The notes below the pieces were generated by a model, which saw only the letters and a list, made by a program, of their open reading frames with translations, was not told where the DNA came from and did no database searches. Made by a program: the position numbers and the translations under genes. 64,000 bases of DNA from an uncultured Pseudomonadota bacterium (GTDB lineage: Bacteria; Myxococcota_A; Polyangia; Fen-1088): contig CAWKBC010000008.1 in NCBI GenBank assembly GCA_963847705.1, forward strand, positions 1 through 64,000, in the 5' to 3' direction. Below are positions 39,901 to 46,800 of the stretch, in pieces. Position 1 is the stretch's first letter. Every line of letters starts with the position of its first letter.

Positions 39901-40425
39901 GGTGAGCATCGAACCGCTGCAGCCGGCGGTCTGGCAGGCGACGCCCGCCACGTACTTTTCGCAGGCGCCCGTGCCGTCGCAGTTCCCGTCCGTGCCGCAG
40001 CTGGCGACCCCCTGGTCGACGCACTCGTTCCGCGGATCGGTGCCGACGTCGGCCGGGATACAGGTGCCGACGTTCCCCACGCTGGCGCAGGTCTCGCAGG
40101 TCCCCGTGCAGGCGCTCTTGCAGCAGACGCCGTCGGCGCAGAAGGTCGACGCGCAGTCGGACCCCGTCTGGCAGGCCTGTCCAAGCTGCGCCTTGGGTGT
40201 CGTCGGACCATCGGCCGTCCCCCCCGAATCGGTTCCCGGCGTGACCACGCCCATGTCCTTGTTGGTCCCCCCGCCGTCGGGGTGCGTCTGGTTTCCGGTG
40301 CCGCCGCCGCTGCAGCTCGCGACGGACAGGGCGATGATCGCCGCCAAGAGCGGTGCAGCGACCGACGCCGCGATGGAGCAAGACCGGAGCGCGCGCACCC
40401 TAGGCTGGGGGAAACCTATGGTCAT
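36964..40425 (-). CDS. Cys-rich repeat lipoprotein with C-terminal CBM3
   Basis: LSVASC lipobox; six ~150-aa repeats (C...QGVCC...GTC..VP.G.DP..QC.D); C-terminal LTIRYWYT...ADYYEQL.F...NYTQTGDYSY. Confidence 0.85.
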   Translation of the reverse strand: MTIGFPQPRVRALRSCSIAASVAAPLLAAIIALSVASCSGGGTGNQTHPDGGGTNKDMGVVTPGTDSGGTADGPTTPKAQLGQACQTGSDCASTFCADGVCCKSACTGTCETCASVGNVGTCIPADVGTDPRNECVDQGVASCGTDGNCDGTGACEKYVAGVACQTAGCSGSMLTFAGRCDGLGTCNVKPSQSCAPYVCNTTGANVGSCKTVCTADADCSVGNSCNNGSCGLKPPGASCAADSDCMSTHCAQGVCCSTTCTGTCMSCAVAKNQGTCIAVPVGQDPLGQCADQGAPSCLTNGFCDGAGACQNYPSGTSCGADVCTAGTETAGGRCDGKGTCVAGGLSACSPYICGTNGDCKTSCGTTADCAAGFVCNGTICGKKVNGTTCGAATECGSGYCEQGVCCNTGCEATCQSCNLSAATAGTCTNVPVGTDPLNQCTDAGATTCGTNGSCDGAGKCQLYSSGTVCLAQSCAGSTLTASSRCDGAGKCVAGTPSSCAPYVCGATACLGTCGANTDCTSPNVCTAMSCGKYPIGSACAANSDCNSNFCAQGYCCNTACSGTCQSCALTNSIGTCTNVPSGQDPLAQCTDAGSTSCGNNGFCNGAGACQKYVAGTQCAAATCTGSTYAPAAVCNGTGMCPAATGTSCGAYACDTTNNICKITCTVDGDCTAPNICNGGTCTLAPLGHTCTAAGACASGLCQQGVCCASTCSGTCSSCALTATLGTCTNIPAGTDPLNACTDATAATCGTDGSCDGSGKCRLYASGTVCAAQSCSGSTFTPTRTCDGTGVCKTVSASLCAPYGCDTTNNICKTSCAATTDCASPNTCNTSTMSCGLLSQGAACTADNQCVASAAHCQQGVCCATTCTANCSSCAIAGSLGTCIAVPAGQDPLNQCTDATAATCGTNGFCDGSGGCQKYASGTQCIAQSCSTSTYHPTSTCNASGSCVTPATSSCTPFICGTNACLATCSANSDCISAAYMCAGGTCIQAVNISVQLSNAGSPAVTQGLYYDVRVTNNGTTAVPISQLTIRYWYTWDDTGTVTQTFITPTYFLNNSGQTSLPATGITGSFTAVSPARTGADYYEQLAFVAADGSIAPGKYMEFGVGMRKNDNSNYTQTGDYSYNGSNTLLATTKVTVYITTSNGTALVYGTEPM

Positions 40426-40592
40426 TGAGCGGGCCTTTCTGACTAAGAAGAGCAGGCGAAACAGGTCGGCGTGGGTCGGTGTCTGGAAAGGGGCGACTTC
40501 AACGCCCAGATCCGGAAATCATCTTACGCGTGCTCGCAAATCGAATCTACGATCACCTTTAAAAGCGCCCTGCGGGGCATTACGCTCGGGGC

Positions 40593-41096
40593 ATGAAGAT
40601 CGCGCGCGGACGCAGCGTCGAGCTCTCCTACGAGCTCAGAGTCAAAGGCGGGTCGGTGATCGAGTCGTCGACGCGCAGCGGGCCACTGCGTTACGTGCAC
40701 GGCGATGGCAAGATGTTGCCGGGCCTGGAGAAACGGCTGGAGGGGCTTCAGCCGGGCGACGAACGGAAGGGCGAGATTCCGGCGGCCGAGGCGTTCGGGA
40801 CCGAGGCATCCCTGCCCGTGAGGGAGATGGCGCGGAGCGTCTTTCCAAAGGGTCTCAAGGTCGAGCCGGGTGCCGTTTTCGAGGCCAAGGATCCCGCCTC
40901 CGGCGCGCCGGTGCAGTTCAAGATTCTCTCCGCCACCGACACGGTCGCCAACGTACGCTTGATGCATCCGCTGGTGGGCCGCGACATCGAGTACCAGGTC
41001 ACCGTCCTGGCGGTGCGAGATCCCAGCACGGCGAGCGGCCCACCCCCCATCCCGGGCATCGTCGAGCTCGACCCTGACGAGTTGAACGAGAGCTGA
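40593..41096 (+). CDS. SlyD-like FKBP peptidyl-prolyl isomerase
   Basis: GPLRYVHGDGKMLPGLEKRLEG...IPAAEAFG...HPLVGRDIEYQVTVLAVR; lacks the His-rich tail. Confidence 0.8.
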   Translation: MKIARGRSVELSYELRVKGGSVIESSTRSGPLRYVHGDGKMLPGLEKRLEGLQPGDERKGEIPAAEAFGTEASLPVREMARSVFPKGLKVEPGAVFEAKDPASGAPVQFKILSATDTVANVRLMHPLVGRDIEYQVTVLAVRDPSTASGPPPIPGIVELDPDELNES

Positions 41097-41260
41097 GACC
41101 GACGGTCCGGCGCGCCCCCCGGCGTAACCGGGGAAACGTCCCGGTCCGGTTGAGATTGTCCCCCTCCCCCTGTCGCGCGGGCCGGACCGTGCACAGCTTT
41201 GTCGTTAGGAAACGTTCAGGTCAGCGACGCGGGCGAGGTTCCGCGAGGAAGGAAATCGTC

Positions 41261-41581
41261 ATGGCGAGCAATGAAAAAGGGGAGAGCCGCGGGCGTGGCT
41301 TCGCGGGTATGGATAGAGAGCGTCAGCGCCAGATCTCGTCGCAGGGGGGCAAGGCGGCCCATCAGAAGGGGACCGCGCACGAGTTCGACTCCGAGGAGGC
41401 CCGGGAGGCGGGGCGCAAGGGGGGGATGGTGAGCGGCGGTCGGCGGCGCGCCCGCGAGGCAGGTACGCCCAATCCGGTGGTCACCGAGCGGGAGACCGAG
41501 GCCGACAGCGAGAGCGAGCGCGAATCCAGGTCGCTGACCGGCGGCGAGGGATCGAACGCGCCGGCTGGTCACGGCGCGTAA
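41261..41581 (+). CDS. KGG-repeat general stress protein
   Basis: RGFAGMDRERQRQISSQGGKAAH...HEFDSEEAREAGRKGG; GGAAGG RBS. Confidence 0.88.
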   Translation: MASNEKGESRGRGFAGMDRERQRQISSQGGKAAHQKGTAHEFDSEEAREAGRKGGMVSGGRRRAREAGTPNPVVTERETEADSESERESRSLTGGEGSNAPAGHGA

Positions 41582-41627
41582 AGCGCGTAAAGAGGGAAGC
41601 GTCGAAGACGCTGGTAGACTGGCCGGA

Positions 41628-42332
41628 GTGGACGCCAACGATCGTCCGAAACCGATTGCGAGGCCAGTTGTGAGGCTGACTCCGGTGCCCGAGGAAGCGG
41701 CGCCCCCAGAAGGCGACAGCGAGGCGCCGAATGGTCTCGTGGCACTCGGAGGTCGGCTCGATTTCGAAACGCTGGTGACCGCGTATCGAGCCGGGATCTT
41801 CCCCTGGTCGTCCGACCCGGTGCTCACCTGGTGGTCGCCCGATCCGCGCGCGATCTTCGACCTCGACGCCTGGCGGCCTCACCGCAGCGTCGGGCGGGCG
41901 GCGCGGCGGGCCGGCTGGCGGTTCACGGTCGACCTGGCCTTCGAGGAGGTCATGCGCGCCTGCGCCGAGACCGGCGGGGATCGCCCGGCCACCTGGATCA
42001 CGGGTGACTTCGTGCGCGCCTACAGCGAGCTGCACCGGCGCGGGCTGGCCCACAGCGTGGAGGTCTGGGAGGGGGACGCGCTCGTCGGGGGGCTCTACGG
42101 CGTTGCGCTGGGCGGCTTCTTCGGCGGCGAATCGATGTTTCATCGCCGCACCGATGCCTCCAAGGCGGCGGTCGGCCACCTCATCGCGCGGCTGCGGGAG
42201 GGGGGATTTTCACTGCTCGACGCCCAGGTGCCGACCCCGCACCTCGAGCGCCTGGGCGCCATCGCCATCCCGCGCGCCGACTATCTGGCGCGCCTCAAGC
42301 GCGCGCTCCGACAGCCGGCCAAGATCACCTAG
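41628..42332 (+). CDS. aat: Leucyl/phenylalanyl-tRNA--protein transferase
   Basis: AYRAGIFPW, WWSPDPR, TWIT, AHSVEVW, LVGGLYGV, FFGGESMF, DASK, LDAQ. Confidence 0.93.
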   Translation: MDANDRPKPIARPVVRLTPVPEEAAPPEGDSEAPNGLVALGGRLDFETLVTAYRAGIFPWSSDPVLTWWSPDPRAIFDLDAWRPHRSVGRAARRAGWRFTVDLAFEEVMRACAETGGDRPATWITGDFVRAYSELHRRGLAHSVEVWEGDALVGGLYGVALGGFFGGESMFHRRTDASKAAVGHLIARLREGGFSLLDAQVPTPHLERLGAIAIPRADYLARLKRALRQPAKIT

Positions 42333-42362
42333 ACAAGATGACCTAGACGAGATGACCTAGAC
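42321..42362 (+). repeat. 14-bp tandem repeat x3 spanning the aat stop codon
   Basis: AAGATCACCTAGAC, AAGATGACCTAGAC, GAGATGACCTAGAC. Confidence 0.9.
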
Positions 42363-42380
42363 GACGACCCCGGCTGGCTC

Positions 42381-43361
42381 TCATTTTGCCTGCGGATCGC
42401 CTGCGCCCGGTCCGCCTTCCGCATCCCCGCCGCCCTCGGTCTGCCCGGCTTCGGCGCTGCAGACGCGGTTGCGGCCGCTGCGCTTGGCGGCGTACATGGC
42501 CTCGTCGGCGCGCGCCACCAGATCGCCGGACGACGCCATGCCCGGCCCCGGCGCGCGCGCCACGCCCACGCTGATGGTGACCGGCAAGGTGGCCGAGGCG
42601 GACGTGAAGGGGTGTGTCTCGACGGCCGACCGCAGCCGCTCCGAGAGCTCGGCGGCGGCCGCCAGCTCCACGCCGCGCGCGACGATCGCGAACTCCTCGC
42701 CGCCGTAGCGCGCGAAGGTCTCCTCCTCGCCGAGCATGCTCATCACCAGGGTCGACAGCTGCGCCAGCACCTGGTCGCCCGCCAGGTGTCCGTGCTGGTC
42801 GTTGATCTTCTTGAAGTGATCGATGTCCAGGAAGATCAGCGAGAGCGGCGTGCTGTGGCGGAGGGCGTACTGGAACTCGCTCTCGATCCGGTCGATGAAG
42901 TAACGCTTGTTGAAGGCGCGGGTGAGGCCGTCGCGCAGGGCCGACTCGGACATCTGGCGCTGGAACATCTCGTCCAGCTTGTCCTGATAGCTGAACTTCA
43001 GGATGGTCGTCGAGCCGATGAGGATCTTGTCCCCCTCGGCCAGCGGCTGCCGGGCCACGCGCTGCCCGTTGCAGTAGGTGCCGTTGGTCGACCCGAGATC
43101 CTCGAGCACGATCCGCCCCTCTTCCTTGGAAAGACGGACGTGCTCGCGCGAGATCCCGTCGTCGACCAGCCGCAGGTCGACCTTGTCGCCACGGCCGATC
43201 ACCACCTGATCTTTTTCGATCCGGTACATCTCACCGACGTTCGAGCCCGACAGGACGACCAGACAGGCGGCCGCCGGCTGGGCGTCCTCCGGTCCGGCCT
43301 CCTGGGCTGGCGCCATCCGCGTCGTGTCGTCGAGCGGATTGGCGACGCGGTCGCGCGTCAT
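42381..43361 (-). CDS. FHA-domain diguanylate cyclase
   Basis: FHA (IGR, ISREH, DLGSTNGT) followed by GGDEF domain (DGLT, DIDHFKKIND, RYGGEEF, GRNRV). Confidence 0.92.
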   Translation of the reverse strand: MTRDRVANPLDDTTRMAPAQEAGPEDAQPAAACLVVLSGSNVGEMYRIEKDQVVIGRGDKVDLRLVDDGISREHVRLSKEEGRIVLEDLGSTNGTYCNGQRVARQPLAEGDKILIGSTTILKFSYQDKLDEMFQRQMSESALRDGLTRAFNKRYFIDRIESEFQYALRHSTPLSLIFLDIDHFKKINDQHGHLAGDQVLAQLSTLVMSMLGEEETFARYGGEEFAIVARGVELAAAAELSERLRSAVETHPFTSASATLPVTISVGVARAPGPGMASSGDLVARADEAMYAAKRSGRNRVCSAEAGQTEGGGDAEGGPGAGDPQAK

Positions 43362-43435
43362 TCTGATAGTTTACCGACGGGGACGGGCGTTACGCAAACT
43401 CCCGTCGCGATATAGATCAGGGAGCGGGAGGGACC

Positions 43436-44134
43436 ATGGAGGTCTTGATCGGCACGAGCGGCTTCAGCTATCCGGCCTGGAGGGGGGGCTTTTACCCGGA
43501 AAAGCTGCCGGAAACGAAGATGCTGGGGTACTACGCCGGGCACTTCCGCGCGGTCGAGATCAACAATAGCTTCTATCGCATGCCGACCGCCGAGGTGCTG
43601 GGGCGCTGGGCCGGCGAGACGCCGCCCGAGTTCCGATTCGCGCTCAAGAGCCCGCGGCGCATCACCCATGACAAGCGGCTGGTCGACACCGCCTCGGCGG
43701 TCGAGCGGCTCACCGAGGCGTCGCGCGCGCTGGGGGACAAGCTGGGGCCCGTCCTATTCCAGCTGCCGCCCAACATGAAAAAGGACCTCCCCCGGCTCGA
43801 CGATTTCCTGGCCGCGCTGCCGGTCGGGCTGCGGGCGACGGTCGAGTTCCGCCACGAATCCTGGTTCTCCGACGACGTCTATGGCTGTCTTCGAACGCGG
43901 CGCGCGGCGCTCTGCATCGCCGAGTCAGACGACTTCGTGACGCCGCTCGAGGCGACCGCGGACTGGGGATACCTGCGCCTGCGACGGGAGACCTACGACG
44001 ACGCCCTGGTCGCCAGCTGGGGCGCCCGCATCAAGACCCAGGGCTGGTCGACAGCCTACGTTTTCTTCAAGCACGAGGACACCGGCAAGGGGCCGGTCGC
44101 CGCGGCCCGGCTGCACGAGCTGATGGCGGCCTGA
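43436..44134 (+). CDS. DUF72 (YecE-like) protein
   Basis: IGTSGFSY..W, VEINNSFY, LKSPRRITH, LFQLPP, EFRHESW, YLRL. Confidence 0.88.
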   Translation: MEVLIGTSGFSYPAWRGGFYPEKLPETKMLGYYAGHFRAVEINNSFYRMPTAEVLGRWAGETPPEFRFALKSPRRITHDKRLVDTASAVERLTEASRALGDKLGPVLFQLPPNMKKDLPRLDDFLAALPVGLRATVEFRHESWFSDDVYGCLRTRRAALCIAESDDFVTPLEATADWGYLRLRRETYDDALVASWGARIKTQGWSTAYVFFKHEDTGKGPVAAARLHELMAA

Positions 44135-44152
44135 ATCTCGACAAACTGGACG

Positions 44153-44171
44153 GTATCCTACATTAGGATAC
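44153..44171. promoter_or_regulatory. Perfect palindrome upstream of ku (candidate operator)
   Basis: GTATCCTA-CAT-TAGGATAC, 3 nt before the GGAG RBS of ku. Confidence 0.55.
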
Positions 44172-44184
44172 ACTGGAGCACATC

Positions 44185-45090
44185 ATGGCACGACCCATCG
44201 CTGGCGCGACGATCTCTTTTGGCCTGGTGTCGATCCCGGTGCGGCTCTACCCGGCCACGCAGTCGTCGGCGGCGATCTCGTTCAACCTGTTGCACAAGAA
44301 GGACGGGTCGCGCCTCAAGCAGCAGTACATCTGCCCGCGCGACGGCGAGATCGTCAGCCGCGACGAGATGATCAAGGGGTACGAGTTCGCCAAGGATCAG
44401 TACGTCACCTTCACGCCCGAGGAGCTCAAGTCGCTCGAGGAGAAGGCGACCCAGAGCATCGACATCGATTCGTTCGTCCCCCTCTCGGCGATCGACCCGA
44501 TCTACTTCGAGCGCCCGTATTATCTCGGCCCCGAGAAGGGGGGCGACAAGGCCTACCTCCTGCTGGCCGAAGCGATGCGCGAAAGCGGCCGTGCCGCCCT
44601 CGCCCGCTACGCCGCGCGGGGCAAGCAGTACCTGGTGATGCTGCGACCGTCGGCCGACGGTCGCGCGCTGATCCTCCAGGAGCTGCTCTATGCCGACGAG
44701 GTCCGCGCGATGTCCGAGGTGCCGCTCCCCGACGGCGAGGTGCGCGAGGCCGAGCTGAAGCTGGCCAGGCAGCTCATCGACCAGATCGCGACGGAGACCT
44801 TCGAGCCGTCGAAGTACCACGACGAGGTGCGCGAGCGGATCCAGGCCGACATCGACCGCAAGGTGCAGGGGCACGACATTTCGGAGAGCGCGCCCGCGCC
44901 CGAACCGGCCCGCATCATCGACCTGATGGCGGCGCTCAAGGCCAGCCTGGGCAAGGGCGCCGCGGCCGCCAGCAAGGCCGAGCCCGCTGCTGCAGCGGCC
45001 GAGGAAGCTGAAGCACACCATCCCCGGCGCAGCGCCCGCCGCTCGGAGGAGGCCGCGCCGGCCGAGCCCAAGCGCGCCAAGAAGCGGTAA
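44185..45090 (+). CDS. ku: Ku non-homologous end-joining DNA-binding protein
   Basis: ISFGLVSIPVRLY, IKGYE, IDPIYFERPYYL, AYLLL, IDLMAALKASL, basic C-terminal tail. Confidence 0.95.
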   Translation: MARPIAGATISFGLVSIPVRLYPATQSSAAISFNLLHKKDGSRLKQQYICPRDGEIVSRDEMIKGYEFAKDQYVTFTPEELKSLEEKATQSIDIDSFVPLSAIDPIYFERPYYLGPEKGGDKAYLLLAEAMRESGRAALARYAARGKQYLVMLRPSADGRALILQELLYADEVRAMSEVPLPDGEVREAELKLARQLIDQIATETFEPSKYHDEVRERIQADIDRKVQGHDISESAPAPEPARIIDLMAALKASLGKGAAAASKAEPAAAAAEEAEAHHPRRSARRSEEAAPAEPKRAKKR

Positions 45091-45143
45091 GAAGCGCCGG
45101 CGCCGACGAACGGCGACCGACGCGCGCCGGTGGCGCGCGATTC

Positions 45144-46061
45144 GTGCGCGCAAAAAATCACGCGCTGTATATTGTGGCGGCCTTGAGCGGCTACACGACC
45201 CAGGACGTCGCACGGATGATCGGCGTCTCCTCCGGCCGGCTGCGCGCCTATCTGCGCGCCGGCGTGCTCTCACCCGAGAAGGGCGAGCGCGGTGAGCTGC
45301 GCTTCTCGTTCCAGGATCTGTTGCTGCTGCGCAAGGCGGAGGGGTTGGTGAGCTCGCGCATCCCACCGCATCGGGTGCGGCGCGCGTTGCAGAAGCTGCG
45401 CGCGCAGCTCCCGGAGACCAGCCCGCTCACCGGCGTGAACCTCGGCTCGGAGGGCTCGTCGGTGGTGGTGCAGGAGGGGAACACCCGCTGGCAGGTCGAG
45501 TCGGGGCAAGTGCTGCTGTCGTTCGATCGGCCGTCGCCGGTGGAGACCGAGGAGGCGCCGCTGTCGATGCTGCGCGTGCGGCCGGCCGTGGTGGCCGGAG
45601 GAGACCTCGGAGGAGACGTCGGAGGAGACGTCGGAGGAGACGTCGCCCCCGCCAGCGCCGAGGAGATCTACGAGATCGGGTGCGACATCGACGAGGCGGA
45701 TCCGGCGCAGGCGGAGGCCAGCTACCGGCAGGTCCTGATGCAGTCGCCCGAGCACGCCGACGCGCACATCAACCTGGGGCGCCTGCTGCACGAGCGGGGC
45801 GACATGGCGGCGGCCGAGGCCCACTACCGGCGTGCGCTGGTGATCCGTCCGGGCGACGCGACCGCGCTTTTCAACCTCGGTGTCTCGCTCGAGGACCAGG
45901 GGCGCAACAGCGCCGCGCTCGAGGCTTACGCCCGCGCCATCGAGGCGGATGGGCGCAACGCCGACGCTCACTACAACGCCGCCCGCCTCTACGATCTGGC
46001 GGGCGACTACAGCGCGGCGCTGCGCCACCTCCGAATCTGTCGCGATCTGAGCCGAAAGTGA
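45144..46061 (+). CDS. MerR-like HTH plus tetratricopeptide repeat protein (start may be 45175 or 45183)
   Basis: YTTQDVARMIGVS...FSFQDLLLLR HTH; three TPR motifs (AHINLG, ALFNLG, AHYNAA); internal GGD[LV] x4. Confidence 0.8.
   Translation: MRAKNHALYIVAALSGYTTQDVARMIGVSSGRLRAYLRAGVLSPEKGERGELRFSFQDLLLLRKAEGLVSSRIPPHRVRRALQKLRAQLPETSPLTGVNLGSEGSSVVVQEGNTRWQVESGQVLLSFDRPSPVETEEAPLSMLRVRPAVVAGGDLGGDVGGDVGGDVAPASAEEIYEIGCDIDEADPAQAEASYRQVLMQSPEHADAHINLGRLLHERGDMAAAEAHYRRALVIRPGDATALFNLGVSLEDQGRNSAALEAYARAIEADGRNADAHYNAARLYDLAGDYSAALRHLRICRDLSRK
45597..45644 (+). repeat. In-frame 12-bp tandem repeat x4
   Basis: GGAGGAGACCTC then GGAGGAGACGTC x3. Confidence 0.9.
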
Positions 46062-46080
46062 GCGTGGGAGTGTCGCGGAG

Positions 46081-46222
46081 CGTGGGAGGGGCTGTGCCCC
46101 TCCCACGGGCCCACCCCAACGGACCGATTCCGGGCCCGGATCTGCTCGGCATGTGAGTCTCCGGCGGGCAAAGCCCGCCTCCGATCAAGGGGAGGTGCCG
46201 GAGTGCAGATCGGGTGGGTGAA
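46081..46222. repeat. Multi-hairpin REP-like intergenic element
   Basis: CGTGGGAGGGGC-TGT-GCCCCTCCCACG and GGCGGGC-AAA-GCCCGCC hairpins, with GATCTGC/GCAGATC outer pairing; between convergent genes. Confidence 0.65.
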
Positions 46223-46228
46223 CGACGG

Positions 46229-46654
46229 CTAGGCCAGCTTGGCGTCGAGTGTGATCTTGGCGGCGGCGATCAGCTTGGAGATCGGGCAACCGACCTTGGC
46301 GGCTTCGGCGGCGCGCTCGAACTTGGACTTGTCCGGGTTGGTGAGCTTCACCGTGACCTCGAGGTGCGAGGTCGTGACCGCAAAGCCCGTCTCCACCTTG
46401 TCGAGCGAGACGGTGGCCTTGGCGTCGATGTTCTCCGGCGTGAGGCCGACCTTCTCCAGCTCCGCCGACAGCGCCATCGAGAAGCAGCTGGCGTGTGCGG
46501 CGGCGATCAGCTCCTCGGGGCTGGTGCCGGTGCCGGTCTCGAACCTCTGCGCGAAGTCATACGGGACATTCGAGAACGTCCCGCTGGCGGCAGAAAACGT
46601 CCCCTTGCCGGCCTTGAGGCCCCCCTTCCAGTTCGCGGTCGCGGATCTCTTCAT
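46229..46654 (-). CDS. osmC: OsmC family peroxiredoxin
   Basis: W.GGLK.GKG, GTSPEELIAAAHASCFSMAL, AK.GCPISK. Confidence 0.93.
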   Translation of the reverse strand: MKRSATANWKGGLKAGKGTFSAASGTFSNVPYDFAQRFETGTGTSPEELIAAAHASCFSMALSAELEKVGLTPENIDAKATVSLDKVETGFAVTTSHLEVTVKLTNPDKSKFERAAEAAKVGCPISKLIAAAKITLDAKLA

Positions 46655-46800
46655 GGCTTTTCTCCTTGGTGTTGTGAGCGCCGAAACTTACCCATGAACC
46701 GGCTCCGTCGCCAGCGACGCTTTCGAGCGGCACGTCGTCGGGCATGGTTCGCTTCGCTCACCGTCGCCTTTTCGGCGATGCCCTCCTACAATCCCGCGCG

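Noticed and set aside
37460-40190. CRISPR-like or non-coding repeat array
   Set aside because: The repeats are diverged in-frame protein repeats of the Cys-rich gene; no constant repeat-spacer pattern and no cas genes in the window.
40426-40592. Riboswitch upstream of the CBM3 stalk gene
   Set aside because: No recognisable c-di-GMP, TPP, cobalamin or SAM consensus by eye; a covariance-model search would be needed.
42321-42362. Mini-CRISPR or iteron set
   Set aside because: Units are 14 bp, contiguous, without spacers, and derived from the aat 3' end.
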